Shown: positions 28,916 through 38,838, counted from the first letter of the stretch. The stretch is 64,000 nucleotides of DNA from Dehalococcoidia bacterium (GCA_965207365.1 OZ242281.1:68003-132002), one strand, 5' to 3'. Notes: a model not told the origin generated them from the sequence alone. Translations and numbers: made by a program.

Positions 28916-29629
28916 TCAGTCGCCGCGTTGTCCCAGTCGACGCAGCTCAGCTTCCAGCGCCTGTGCACGAGCCTCGGCCAGCCCAGCCCGCGCCTCAGCT
29001 TCCAATCTTGCCGCGCGCTCTTCTGCAACTCCGGGGATTGGCTGACCGGATGCGGGATCAACCCAGAACAGCTCGCTGTCTTTCCAGCGCAGCGTCAAGT
29101 TGAGCACTTCGCTGCTGCCCTCGAACACGCCAGCTTCGACCTCGACGATTGGTATCGGTTCATATTGGGTGCCGACTAAGCGGTCACCGGCTAGCTTGGC
29201 GCCGTGCCAGTCGCCCGTGTGGTCAAAGCGCCAGTACTCAGGAATGCCCATCGCGGCGTACTCGACGCGCTTGTAGCCGACATCGCGTTCGGCGGTGCTT
29301 TTCGAGGCTACTTCGAGCACGAAGTCGGGAGGCTTGCCCTGATCGGAGATCACGTAGCCGTTTTGTTCCCAATACAGGTCTGGGTCAACGTCGAAGGCGA
29401 TCAACAGATCGGGGCGCAGCAGCGGTCTCGAACCCGGAGACGCCGCGATCCACTCATCTCCTGCTTGCAACATGGTCTCGGGGAGACCGTAGTGAAGGGC
29501 CAGATTTGGCGGCGCGCCTGGTATGTAGACGTAGCGCTGCGCCGTCACTTCGTCGTACTCACGCTCCGGTGGGTCCGGCAAGCGATATCGGACCGGCGTC
29601 GTTCCAGTTGGGGCATCAGAAGTAGTCAT
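28916..29629 (-). CDS. Uma2 family (PD-(D/E)xK) endonuclease
   Basis: PDLLIAF, GKPPDFVLEVASKST, KRVEYAAMGIPEYWRFD and a C-terminal coiled tail. Confidence 0.9.
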   Translation of the reverse strand: MTTSDAPTGTTPVRYRLPDPPEREYDEVTAQRYVYIPGAPPNLALHYGLPETMLQAGDEWIAASPGSRPLLRPDLLIAFDVDPDLYWEQNGYVISDQGKPPDFVLEVASKSTAERDVGYKRVEYAAMGIPEYWRFDHTGDWHGAKLAGDRLVGTQYEPIPIVEVEAGVFEGSSEVLNLTLRWKDSELFWVDPASGQPIPGVAEERAARLEAEARAGLAEARAQALEAELRRLGQRGD

Positions 29630-29722
29630 GTTGCTCCTGACAGGGGTTCAAGTGTAGAGCGTGGGAGCCGCCCCTTAGCTCCCCGCAGGACAGCTCCCCC
29701 AGAGGGGGAGCCTTGAATTCGC

Positions 29723-30529
29723 TTAGAAGCCCTTGAAGTTTGGTTCTCGCTTTTCGGCGAAGGCTTTGGGGCCTTCGACGGCGTCCTGGGTTGAGCGGGC
29801 GATGACCATCGCGTGGTCGGCCATTTCCAGAGACTCGTGCAGGCCGGTTTCAGCGGAGCGGTAAGCAAGCCGCTTGATCATCTGCACGGAGACGGCGGGC
29901 ATCTTGGCGATCTGCTCGGCGAGGCCTAGCGTGGCGGGCATCAGGTCATCGTGCTCGACGACTTGCGAGACGTATCCCATCTCGAGCGCTTCCTCGGCTG
30001 TGAAGATCTTGCCGGTCCACATCAGTTCCAGCGCCTTGGACATACCAACGATTCGTGGCAGATAGTAGGCGCCGCCGTCGCCGGGAATGAGTGCCATGCG
30101 AACGTAGGCCATGCCGAACTTGGCGCGGTCGGAGGCGATACGCAGGTCGGCCATGGAGGCCATATCCATGCCCGCACCGACTGCTGCGCCGTTGACGGCG
30201 GCGATGTATGGCTTCTCGCAGTTAAACAGGGCTCGCGGGACTCGCTGGACGGAGTTTCGCAACGAGTTGCGATTGGCGGCCGGTGCGTTAGGGTCGCCGC
30301 CGAGCACGTCGGCGCCCGCGCGCTCGCGTCCGACATCGGCGCCGGAGCAGAAGCCCCGGCCCTCGCCGGTGATGATGATCACTCGGACATCCTGGTCGAC
30401 GGAGGCACGGGTGATCGACTCTTGCCAGGCGTCGAGCATGTCGTTGGAGAAGGCGTTCAGCTTCTCCGGGCGGTTGAGGGTGATCACGGCGATGTGATCC
30501 TGGACGTCGTAGAGCAGTTCTTCGGTCAT
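29723..30529 (-). CDS. enoyl-CoA hydratase/isomerase family protein
   Basis: ITLNRPEKLNA, FCSGAD, AAVNGAAVGAG and AFAEKREPNFKG motifs. Confidence 0.92.
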   Translation of the reverse strand: MTEELLYDVQDHIAVITLNRPEKLNAFSNDMLDAWQESITRASVDQDVRVIIITGEGRGFCSGADVGRERAGADVLGGDPNAPAANRNSLRNSVQRVPRALFNCEKPYIAAVNGAAVGAGMDMASMADLRIASDRAKFGMAYVRMALIPGDGGAYYLPRIVGMSKALELMWTGKIFTAEEALEMGYVSQVVEHDDLMPATLGLAEQIAKMPAVSVQMIKRLAYRSAETGLHESLEMADHAMVIARSTQDAVEGPKAFAEKREPNFKGF

Positions 30530-30601
30530 CGGTCGTCTACTTTCGCTTTCGTGGTTCTGGTTCGTTCGAGGACGCTGACGGTGATTTGCCGAATAGGAGT
30601 G

Positions 30602-30665
30602 GCCCCCTCAGCCCCCGCATCGAGTGCGGGGCAGGCTTTCGGCATCTCCCCCTTGCAGGGGGAGC
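30602..30665. repeat. family A repeat carrying a 24-bp hairpin-CAGGC insert
   Basis: CCCCCTCAGC[CCCCGCATCGAGTGCGGGGCAGGC]TTTCGGCATCTCCCCCTTGCAGGGGGAG. Confidence 0.75.
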
Positions 30666-30677
30666 GGAGCTGGGCGG

Positions 30678-31469
30678 CTAGTTCATGCGGATGCCGCCAT
30701 CGACATTGAGCGCTTGTCCCGTGATGTTCAAGGCGTCGTCTGAGGCGAAGAACGCGACGGCCTTGCCGATGTCTTCCGGCATCTGTTCGCGTCCCAGCGG
30801 GCAGGCAGCGGCAAGCATTGCCTCGAATCTGGCGCGGCGATCAACAACTTCGTCGGCGTCATCGCCGACCAGCATGCCTTCGAGCTTGCGCCACATATCG
30901 GTCCAGAGCAGACCAGGACAGACGGCGTTGACGTTAATGTTGTGCGGTCCGAGCTCAATGGCTTGGGACTGCGTGAGGCTGACTGCTCCGGCCTTGGAAG
31001 CTGAGTAGGACGCAATCGTGCCGCCCTGTCGGGCAGCAATCGAAGCAATGTTGACGATCTTGCCTCCGCCGTTCTCCTTGAAGTGCGGAGCCACCACCGA
31101 GCTGACCTTCCAGATCGCCTTGAGATTGACCTCGAAGCATCGATCCCAGTCCGACTCGACCTCATTCTCGCTGAGGTTGTCGGGTGCGACACCGGCATTG
31201 TTGACGAGGATGTCGATCCGGCCCATCTCGGCGATTGCGTTCATGACGTTGGTGGCGATCGAGTCCTCGTTTGTGACGTCCATCTCTAGCGCCATCGTGG
31301 TGACGCCGTGACGATTTTTGATCGCTCCCGCTGTTTGATACGCGAGGTCGATCAGCAGGTCGGCGACGATGACATCGGCGCCTTCCCTCGCCAGCACTGT
31401 GGCGATTCCCTTGCCGATGCCTCGCGCCGAGCCGGTCACCAATGCGACCTTGCCATCGAGTCGTCCCAT
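30678..31469 (-). CDS. SDR family oxidoreductase (paralog 1)
   Basis: TGSARGIG, NNAG, YSASK and NVDGG motifs. Confidence 0.93.
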   Translation of the reverse strand: MGRLDGKVALVTGSARGIGKGIATVLAREGADVIVADLLIDLAYQTAGAIKNRHGVTTMALEMDVTNEDSIATNVMNAIAEMGRIDILVNNAGVAPDNLSENEVESDWDRCFEVNLKAIWKVSSVVAPHFKENGGGKIVNIASIAARQGGTIASYSASKAGAVSLTQSQAIELGPHNINVNAVCPGLLWTDMWRKLEGMLVGDDADEVVDRRARFEAMLAAACPLGREQMPEDIGKAVAFFASDDALNITGQALNVDGGIRMN

Positions 31470-31689
31470 TGAAGTACTTCCTTGTCCCGACAGCAGTGCT
31501 CAATAGGAGCGCGTCTGACCGGTTCTGTTGCGGTGCATGTTTGCTGGCAATCAGATTAGCGGTCAGTCGCTTCAAGGGCTTGCGATGGATCTTCGCCTTC
31601 AACGTCAAGGCGATCTGCTCTTGCCCGCTCACGTCCGACAGCGGCTCCGGCGTCTCCTGTGTTGAGTGCGGGTTCGCTGGGGTTGCGCC

Positions 31690-32481
31690 TCAGTTCATCC
31701 GCATGCCGCCGTCGACATTGAGGGACTGTCCGGTGATGTTGTTGGCATCGTCGGAGGCGAAGAAGACGGCGGCTTTGCCGATGTCTTCGGGGGTCTGTTC
31801 GCGGCCGAGCGGCATATTGGAGGCGATCACGGCCTCGAAGCGCTCGCGCCGATCGACAACTTCCTCGGTGTGGTCGCCGGCGAACATACCCTCGATCTGG
31901 CGCCAGAGGTCGGTCCAGAGCAGTCCAGGGCAGATCGCGTTGACGTTGACGTTGAAGCGGCCGAGCTCGGCAGCCTGGGACTGGGTGATGCTGATCGCCC
32001 CGGCCTTGGAGGCCGAGTAGGAAGCCATGCCGCCTCCGAGACGACCGGCGATCGAGGCGATGTTGACGATCTTGCCTCCGCCCTGCTCCTTGAAGTGGGG
32101 TGCGACGGCTGAGGTCACTTTCCAGATGCCCTTGAGATTGACCTCATAGCAACGGTCCCAATCGGCCTCAGTCTCGTCAGCGCCAAAATTGTCGGGCGGG
32201 ACGCCGGCGTTGTTGACGAGAATGTCGATCTTGCCCATCTCGGCGATGGCTCGCTCGACATTGGCCGAGATCGAGTCCTCGCTGGTGACGTCCATCTCCA
32301 GCGCCAGAGTGGTGACGCCATAGCGGTTCTGCAGCTCACCAGCGGTTTGGTAAGCCAGATCAATGAGCAGGTCAGCGACGATGACGTCCGCGCCTTCCTT
32401 GGCCAGTTCGGTAGCGATGCCCTTGCCGATGCCTCGCGCAGAGCCGGTCACCAACGCAATTTTGCCGTCGAGTCGTCCCAT
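31690..32481 (-). CDS. SDR family oxidoreductase (paralog 2, tandem duplicate)
   Basis: Same motifs as paralog 1 and colinear with it throughout. Confidence 0.93.
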   Translation of the reverse strand: MGRLDGKIALVTGSARGIGKGIATELAKEGADVIVADLLIDLAYQTAGELQNRYGVTTLALEMDVTSEDSISANVERAIAEMGKIDILVNNAGVPPDNFGADETEADWDRCYEVNLKGIWKVTSAVAPHFKEQGGGKIVNIASIAGRLGGGMASYSASKAGAISITQSQAAELGRFNVNVNAICPGLLWTDLWRQIEGMFAGDHTEEVVDRRERFEAVIASNMPLGREQTPEDIGKAAVFFASDDANNITGQSLNVDGGMRMN

Positions 32482-32525
32482 GAGGTTCATCCCTTCCCTG
32501 CAGCATGCCCAGCAGCACGGCGCGG

Positions 32526-33836
32526 CTAGCGCGCGACCGACTGATTCTTTTGTGGTGCAAGTCTGCTGGCAATCAGATTAGCGGCCAATCGCTTCAGGGG
32601 CTTGCGATGGACTCTCACCATCAGGATGAGTAGCAACAACGTCAGCCCATTCACGCCGGCGATGGCGAACAGTACAGGCTGATAGTCATTGCCCATCAGA
32701 TCGAGCAGCAGCCCTGCGGCGAACGGTCCAATTGCCAGCGCGACGTTACCCACGGCCGTCTGCAGCGCCATCAGTGTGCCCAGGCGTCGCAGTCCAAAGA
32801 CATCGGACGCAATCAGCCCTTGCAGGGGCATCGTCTGTCCCCAGACCAGTCCCGCGATGATTGCCGAGAGGTAGATCCAGTAGATCGGTCCAGCGGCGAT
32901 CAGCGCGAATGTGCCCAGCAACATGACTGCGTAGCCAACCCCAAGCGCCTGCCGCAATCCGAGCAATGAGGCCATTGGGCCAATCAGCGCGCGACCCGGG
33001 ATCGAGAGGAATCCACGCAATCCGGTCAGCGCGCCAGCGGTCGTGATCGACATTCCGGCAGCAGTGGAGGCGGGTACGAAGTGATTCAGCAGCGCGCCGA
33101 GCGCGAAGGAACTGCTAATCACCATCACCAACATGATCTGCACTTCACGAGAGCGCAGCGCTTCCGCCACTCCGCCGAACCCGCGTTGGCTTGAGCGCTC
33201 GGCTCCACTGGCTGCTGGCGATGGATCGGGCGGAGGAATCGGCGGAAGCCGGCGAACTGTCAGGACCGCCGGTAAGGAGATCGCCGCAGCGAGGATCAGC
33301 AGGATGCGCACGGCCCAGCGCCAGCCGAACTCTTCCGTGAAGAGCCCGGTCAGTGGCATGAAGATCACGGACGAGAATCCGCCGGTCGTGACCAGCACGG
33401 TCATCGCGGCCGTCTGCCGTTTCGGATAGAGGCGCGCCGCGATCGGCATCGTGACGTTGTAGAAGAGCCCGGCAATGGTGACTGCGCCGCCCAGCGTCCA
33501 GAAGACGATGAATAGCCAGACGTTCTCCGAATAGGAGGCCGCCATCAGCAGCACGGTCCCGGCAATCAGACCAGTCCAGAGCACTGGCCGAGGTCCAAAT
33601 GTGTCGAGAATCCGTCCGGATACCAGGGAGGCTGCGGCGCCGAGCAGGTACGATCCCATGAATGCGGCATTGACCGCCGCCGATGACCAACCTTCATCTT
33701 CCTGCATCGGCCCGGTCATGATGCCGAAGCCGTAGAGGACGAGTCCGTAAGCACCGCAGGTGAGGATGCCGAGCAGAATCACGGGCCGCCAGGTGCGGAG
33801 CCAGTTGGCGATCGTTCTCGGCGGTGGCAGCTTCAT
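32526..33836 (-). CDS. MFS transporter
   Basis: GRILDTFGPR motif A, about 12 TM segments. TAGCCT lies 6 nt before ATG. Confidence 0.9.
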   Translation of the reverse strand: MKLPPPRTIANWLRTWRPVILLGILTCGAYGLVLYGFGIMTGPMQEDEGWSSAAVNAAFMGSYLLGAAASLVSGRILDTFGPRPVLWTGLIAGTVLLMAASYSENVWLFIVFWTLGGAVTIAGLFYNVTMPIAARLYPKRQTAAMTVLVTTGGFSSVIFMPLTGLFTEEFGWRWAVRILLILAAAISLPAVLTVRRLPPIPPPDPSPAASGAERSSQRGFGGVAEALRSREVQIMLVMVISSSFALGALLNHFVPASTAAGMSITTAGALTGLRGFLSIPGRALIGPMASLLGLRQALGVGYAVMLLGTFALIAAGPIYWIYLSAIIAGLVWGQTMPLQGLIASDVFGLRRLGTLMALQTAVGNVALAIGPFAAGLLLDLMGNDYQPVLFAIAGVNGLTLLLLILMVRVHRKPLKRLAANLIASRLAPQKNQSVAR

Positions 33837-33884
33837 TGACGCAGGCTAAGCGGTGCGTCGCTGGACTCGCGATACGATACGCCT

Positions 33885-34394
33885 ATGCCCGATCAGCCTT
33901 CAAGTCAGCCATCATCCCACTCGGTGACGGTCGAGCGTCAACGCCTGCGATTTGCCGCCGGTCATTTTGCCACCTTCGCCGACGAACTTGAGCCGATTCA
34001 TGGTCACAACTACGACGTGTTTGTCGAAGTGATCGGTCCACTCACGGAAGAGTCGTGGGTGATCGATTTCTCGCTGCTTAAGCGGCTGACGCGCGAGGTC
34101 TGCGAGACGCTGGACCACAAGTTCCTGCTGCAGATGGACTCCCGCACGCTGACGATTACCGATGACGACACGCACTACATCGTGCAGTACCGCGACGAAC
34201 TTCCGTATCGGCTGCCGAAACTTGATGTCGCTGCACTGCCGATCGACAACAGCACGGCGGAACGGCTGTCGCAGTACATCGCTGGACAACTGATCGAATC
34301 GCTGGCTGCGTCTGGTCCTTCAGGACTGGCGCGGCTGCGTGTCGGAGTAGAAGAAATGCCGGGACAAGCGGCCTGGTTTGAAACTGATATTTGA
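33885..34394 (+). CDS. 6-pyruvoyl-tetrahydropterin synthase / QueD family protein
   Basis: FAAGHF, HGHNY, VIDFS, LDHKFL and NSTAERLS motifs. Confidence 0.85.
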   Translation: MPDQPSSQPSSHSVTVERQRLRFAAGHFATFADELEPIHGHNYDVFVEVIGPLTEESWVIDFSLLKRLTREVCETLDHKFLLQMDSRTLTITDDDTHYIVQYRDELPYRLPKLDVAALPIDNSTAERLSQYIAGQLIESLAASGPSGLARLRVGVEEMPGQAAWFETDI

Positions 34395-34921
34395 TGGCCG
34401 ACGACTCAGACAAGTCAGACAAGATTGTGGTGTTGGTGCTCTACGACTCGCAAGGGCTGGTCGCCGAGCTGGCCCAGTCGATCGTCGAGGGCGCTGCGTC
34501 GGTGGAGGGGGTTGAAGTCTGGGATCGGCCGCTGGACGTCGCGGACAAGGGCGAGCTGGTCAAGTGCGACGCGCTGATCCTGGGCAGTCCCAACTGGACC
34601 GGGATTACTGGTCGACTGAAGCACTGGTGGGACTACACGGGCGACCTCTGGGAGACGGGCGAACTGGCCGACAAGCCGGCGGCGGCGTTCAGCGCCGGAT
34701 GGAGTCCGTCGGGCGGGCTGGAAGCGACGCTGCTGCAGTTGGTACACCTGCTGATTGGGCATGGGATGTTGATTGTCGGGTTGCCCTGGACTTCGACGAT
34801 GAATCATTCGGGCAGCTACTACGGAGCGACGGCGGTGCGGAAGGTGACCGATCTGGATCGGGAGCAAGCTCGGAAGCTGGGGGCTCGAGTGTCGGAATAC
34901 GCGATAATGTTGGCGTCGTGA
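34394..34921 (+). CDS. flavodoxin / WrbA-like protein
   Basis: LYDS.G, ILGSP, KPAAAFS and GGLEATL motifs. Start overlaps the upstream stop. Confidence 0.85.
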   Translation: MADDSDKSDKIVVLVLYDSQGLVAELAQSIVEGAASVEGVEVWDRPLDVADKGELVKCDALILGSPNWTGITGRLKHWWDYTGDLWETGELADKPAAAFSAGWSPSGGLEATLLQLVHLLIGHGMLIVGLPWTSTMNHSGSYYGATAVRKVTDLDREQARKLGARVSEYAIMLAS

Positions 34922-34933
34922 GGAGACGCCGTT

Positions 34934-35791
34934 ATGACAAGCGCCGTGGTCATCGCCGCCAGTTGGAAGAGCCAGCAGCCCGGAACGCGATCGTTTGAGC
35001 GACATCGCCTGGCGCTGCTAGTCGACGCGGAGAATCAAGTCCGATCAACCGCAATTCCCGAACTCATCCGACGGCTGGAAACCGAACACTTTGATCTGGC
35101 GATTCGCCGCTGCTTTGCCGACTGGGCCAACCCAGGCGTGCGCCACTGGCGTCACCGCTGGAACGCGCTAGGCATCTGGTGTATCGATTGTCCGCCCTCA
35201 GCCGAAGGCAAAAGTTCCACCGACGCTCGGCTTATCGAGACCGCGCTCGATCTTGCAGACCACCACGTCGTAAACGCAGTCTGCATCGTTTCCGCCGACG
35301 CAGATTTCGCTCCTGTGATGCGCTATCTCCGTCGGTGCGGCCTCGTGACGATCGTAGCATCGACTGGTGGACCAGACATCAGTGAAGTGCTGAGAGATTC
35401 GGCTGATCGCGTCATCAAGATCGGTCCGGAAGTTCCCTTTGAATTGCTTGTGACATCCCCCGGGATAGGCGCAAGTGAGATGCGCTGGGAGCGATTGTTC
35501 GAGGCTGCGATCGAGCGAGCCCTGGACACGAACCCGGAAGCTGACGGCTGGGTGGATCTCGGGGTTCTGGGAAACAAGGTGAGAGAAATTCACGCCTCCT
35601 TCGACCATCGCCAGCACGGACATGAGAAACTCTTGGACCTCGTGCGGACTCGGCCCAACCTTTTTGAACTCGAAACCCGCCCGGGTCGCAACAACACCTT
35701 CAGCTACCAGATTCGTCGCAGTATGAGCGCTTCAGCGAAACTGGAGCCTGTATTCTCCGTGAGCCAACAAGAGGCTACCGCCAATGGTTGA
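34934..35791 (+). CDS. NYN domain protein with C-terminal OST-HTH/LOTUS domain
   Basis: LLVDAEN, GKSSTDARL and VSADADF (NYN), then GWVDLGVLG..FDHRQHGHEKLLDLV (LOTUS). Confidence 0.88.
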   Translation: MTSAVVIAASWKSQQPGTRSFERHRLALLVDAENQVRSTAIPELIRRLETEHFDLAIRRCFADWANPGVRHWRHRWNALGIWCIDCPPSAEGKSSTDARLIETALDLADHHVVNAVCIVSADADFAPVMRYLRRCGLVTIVASTGGPDISEVLRDSADRVIKIGPEVPFELLVTSPGIGASEMRWERLFEAAIERALDTNPEADGWVDLGVLGNKVREIHASFDHRQHGHEKLLDLVRTRPNLFELETRPGRNNTFSYQIRRSMSASAKLEPVFSVSQQEATANG

Positions 35792-36641
35792 CGCATACGA
35801 CCCACGCGAGTTGCTCGGCGTGCCGATTGGCGCGTCGGAGGATGAGCTGCGCAAGGCGTTTCGGCGCAAGGCCAAGACGGTTCATCCCGACGTCTCTGAC
35901 GCTCCCGACGCGGCGGAACAGTTTTCTCGGCTCAAGGCGTCGTATGACCTGCTGCTGGAGCGCTTGAACGATCCCGCGGCTCCGACGCCCGAGACGCTGT
36001 ACCGGCCGGCACCGGAGGTGGATCCGGAGCAGCAGGAGAAGATCATCCAGGCGTATCGGCGGCGTCGCGAGGCGGAGCAACACCGTCGAGCTCAGCGTCG
36101 GGCGAGTGTGCAAGGGCAGACGCGACGGGCGGAACGGAAGAATCAACGCTTCCGCGCTGAGATGGAACGACGGCGTGCGGCGCTCGAGGCGGAGGAAGAA
36201 GAAGAGGCGGAACGAGAGCGGTTAGAGAGAGAGGAGGACGAACGTCAGCAACGTCTCGCGGCGGAACGAGCCAAGCGAGCCGAGCGCGAACGCGCGGAGC
36301 AGGAGCGGCGAGAGCGGCTCGAGCAGGAGAAGCAAGAGCGATTGGAACAAGAGCGGCTGGAGCATGAGCGTCGAGCGAGGCGACAGCAGTTGTTGGCCGA
36401 GCGAGAACGTGAAGAACGAATCAGACGCGAGCAGCAAGAGCGAGAACGACAGAATCCACAGATCAGCGACTCGCCACTGTATTGCGCCTGGAAAGCGTGC
36501 GGCGCGACGCGCGGACTGTCATCGCCGGTCTCGACACCATTGGGTCAGCGTCGATTTTGCAAGAAGCACTATCGCGATTACATCAAGTTCAGGCGCGACG
36601 CGCAGCGTCGGAAGACAGGGGCCGAGCGTGCAGGGCGGTGA
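35784..36641 (+). CDS. J-domain protein with charged coiled coil and C-terminal Cys/His knuckle
   Basis: LLGV..ASEDELRKAFR..HPD J-domain, E/R-rich helix, then CAWKAC...FCKKH. Confidence 0.82.
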   Translation: MVDAYDPRELLGVPIGASEDELRKAFRRKAKTVHPDVSDAPDAAEQFSRLKASYDLLLERLNDPAAPTPETLYRPAPEVDPEQQEKIIQAYRRRREAEQHRRAQRRASVQGQTRRAERKNQRFRAEMERRRAALEAEEEEEAERERLEREEDERQQRLAAERAKRAERERAEQERRERLEQEKQERLEQERLEHERRARRQQLLAEREREERIRREQQERERQNPQISDSPLYCAWKACGATRGLSSPVSTPLGQRRFCKKHYRDYIKFRRDAQRRKTGAERAGR

Positions 36642-36654
36642 CAGGTGATGGATC

Positions 36655-36710
36655 GAGATTCCCGCGACAAGCGCGGGAATGACGAACCGATACTGCACGG
36701 GAATGACGAA
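36655..36710. repeat. family B palindromic repeat
   Basis: GAGATTCCCGCGACAAGCGCGGGAATGAC followed by a partial CGGGAATGACGAAC copy. Confidence 0.7.
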
Positions 36711-36721
36711 CGGAGTCTGAG

Positions 36722-37606
36722 ATGACTGACTATCAGAACATCCTCGTCGACGTTGAAGGTGGCGTGGCGACGATCACGCTCAACCGTCCCGAGAAGTTGA
36801 ATGCTCTTTCGGAGTCGCTGCGTGATGACCTTGCTGCAGCCCTACGCGAGTTGAATCCCGGCGACGCGGTGCGGGTGATCCGGCTCAAGGCGGCGGGGCG
36901 GGCGTTTTGCGCCGGATACGACATCACGCCCGACGACAATGACTTCCAGTTCGTCCCGACCCGACGCACGGGGGAACAAGCCTGGGAGCTGGGCGAGTCG
37001 TTGGCGGCGATGAACCGTGAGCACCTACGCGACTCGATCGAGCGCTGGCTGTGGATCTGGTCGTATCGCAAACCGATCATCGCGCAGGTGCATGGCTGGT
37101 GCCTTGCCGGCGGCAACGACCTGGTTGGATCGTGCGACATCGTCTTTGCCTCGGAAACGGCGCGGTTCGGTCACCCAGCCGGCCGTGCGCTGGGCCAACC
37201 GCCGACGCTGGGAATGTGGCCGGTCAAGATCGGCATGTTGAAGAGCAAAGAGCTCTTGTTCAGCGGCGATACGATTGATGGCGTGGAGGCGGAGCGGAGC
37301 GGCATGATCAATCGGGTCTACGCCGAGGAGGCGCTCGACGCCGAGACCCTGGCCTATTGCCATCGCATCGCGCAAGTGCCGCTAGACGGTCTGACCGTGC
37401 ACAAGCACTCGACCAATCGCTGGGCCGAGTTGATGGGGCTGCGAATGTCGGCGATCGAGGGGGCTGAGTTCAACGCGATCTTCGCAGAGGCGCCGACCAT
37501 CGCGGAGTTCGGCAAGATTTCAAGGTCGAAAGGTCTGAAGGCTGCTCTGGAATGGCGCGACGATCCGTTTGGAGATGGTCGTGGGGCGGTTCGGCGTCAG
37601 GGGTAG
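36722..37606 (+). CDS. crotonase/enoyl-CoA hydratase family protein (paralog 1)
   Basis: ITLNRPEKLNA, FCAGYD and IAQVHGWCLAGG motifs. Confidence 0.9.
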   Translation: MTDYQNILVDVEGGVATITLNRPEKLNALSESLRDDLAAALRELNPGDAVRVIRLKAAGRAFCAGYDITPDDNDFQFVPTRRTGEQAWELGESLAAMNREHLRDSIERWLWIWSYRKPIIAQVHGWCLAGGNDLVGSCDIVFASETARFGHPAGRALGQPPTLGMWPVKIGMLKSKELLFSGDTIDGVEAERSGMINRVYAEEALDAETLAYCHRIAQVPLDGLTVHKHSTNRWAELMGLRMSAIEGAEFNAIFAEAPTIAEFGKISRSKGLKAALEWRDDPFGDGRGAVRRQG

Positions 37607-37639
37607 GACCTCGTTGGTCTCTCTCCTGCGCTGGGTTTC

Positions 37640-37902
37640 CCGTCATACCCGCTCCCTCTCATTGTCAGACCCGCGTCCGTACTCCGTCATACCCGCGCTC
37701 CGCCGCGGGTATCTCGATGCGCGCTGTACGAACGGCCGATTGACCGGAGCCACCGCAGCAGCTCGGACCCGTTGCAAAGCATCGCCGTGTCGCAGTTCGT
37801 TGCGAGATTCCCGCGTCGGGGCGCGGGAATGACGGGGAGGAGCGCGGGTTTAGCGGGGAGGGGAGCGCGGGTTTGACGGAGGGGAAGTGAGCGGGAATGA
37901 CG
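37640..37902. repeat. family B repeat cluster with degenerate ~22-bp tandem units
   Basis: GTCATACCCGCG..GCGGGTATCTC and GAGATTCCCGCG..GCGGGAATGAC, flanked by repeated GAGCGCGGG(T/A)(T/A)TGACGG-like units. Confidence 0.8.
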
Positions 37903-37953
37903 GAGATTGGTTGGCGAGTAACATTCGGATGATTCCTACTGAAGGGGTAAGCC

Positions 37954-38838
37954 ATGACTGAATATGAGAACGTACTCGTCGATGTTGACGGTCCGGTGGC
38001 GACGATCACGTTGAATCGGCCGGAGAAACTGAATGCGATCTCTGGGGATCTCCGCGACGATCTGGAGGCAGCTCTGCGTGAGCTAAATCCTGGCGACTCG
38101 GTTCGGGTGATCCGGCTCAAGGGCGCGGGTCGGGCGTTCTGCGCAGGATATGACCTGACTCCGGGCGCAGGCGCGATGAACTGGCGACCGAACCAGCGCA
38201 GCGGCGATCAGGCCTGGGAGTTGGGCGAGTCTCGGATTGCGCTGGACCGCGAAGGATTGCGCACGTCGGTCGATCGCTGGCTGTGGATGTGGGGCTATCG
38301 CAAACCGATCGTCGCGCAGGTGCACGGCTGGTGCCTGGCCGGCGGCGGCGAGATGATCGGTGCCTGCGACATCGTCTTCGCCTCGGATACGGCGCGATTT
38401 GGTCATCCGGCCGGACGGGCGATCGGCATTCCGCCGACGCTGGGCATGTGGCCCGCCAAGATTGGCATGCTCAAGACGAAGGAGCTGCTGTTCAGCGGCG
38501 ACACCGTGGACGGCGTCGAGGCGGAGCGGATCGGCATGATCAATCGCGCCTATCCGGAGGAAGTTCTGGACGAAGAAACGATGGCCTACTGCCAGCGGAT
38601 CGCGAACGTGCCGTTGGACGGCCTGACCGTGCACAAGCACTCGACCAATCGCTGGTTCGAGCTGATGGGCCTGCGCGTCGCGGCGTCGGAAGGCGCCGAC
38701 TTCGATGCGATCTGGCACGAAGCGCCGAGCATCGACGAATTCGTCAAGATCGGACGCGAGAAGGGGCTCAAGGTGGCGCTGGAGTGGCGCGACGATCCGT
38801 TCGGCGACGGTCGCGGCGCGCTCAAGCGTCGGACGTGA
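37954..38838 (+). CDS. crotonase/enoyl-CoA hydratase family protein (paralog 2, tandem duplicate)
   Basis: Same length (294 aa) and colinear with 36722-37606. Confidence 0.9.
   Translation: MTEYENVLVDVDGPVATITLNRPEKLNAISGDLRDDLEAALRELNPGDSVRVIRLKGAGRAFCAGYDLTPGAGAMNWRPNQRSGDQAWELGESRIALDREGLRTSVDRWLWMWGYRKPIVAQVHGWCLAGGGEMIGACDIVFASDTARFGHPAGRAIGIPPTLGMWPAKIGMLKTKELLFSGDTVDGVEAERIGMINRAYPEEVLDEETMAYCQRIANVPLDGLTVHKHSTNRWFELMGLRVAASEGADFDAIWHEAPSIDEFVKIGREKGLKVALEWRDDPFGDGRGALKRRT

Noticed and set aside
36100-36460. GAGC-rich tandem DNA repeat
   Set aside because: It reflects the E/R/Q-rich helix of the J-domain protein and is not an independent repeat.
38283-38834. N-terminal extension of the alpha/beta hydrolase, and similar extensions at 44782-45135, 21901-22056 and 25288-25398
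   Set aside because: These overlap other genes or repeats. Better starts with an RBS, a -10 box or a stop-start overlap lie downstream.
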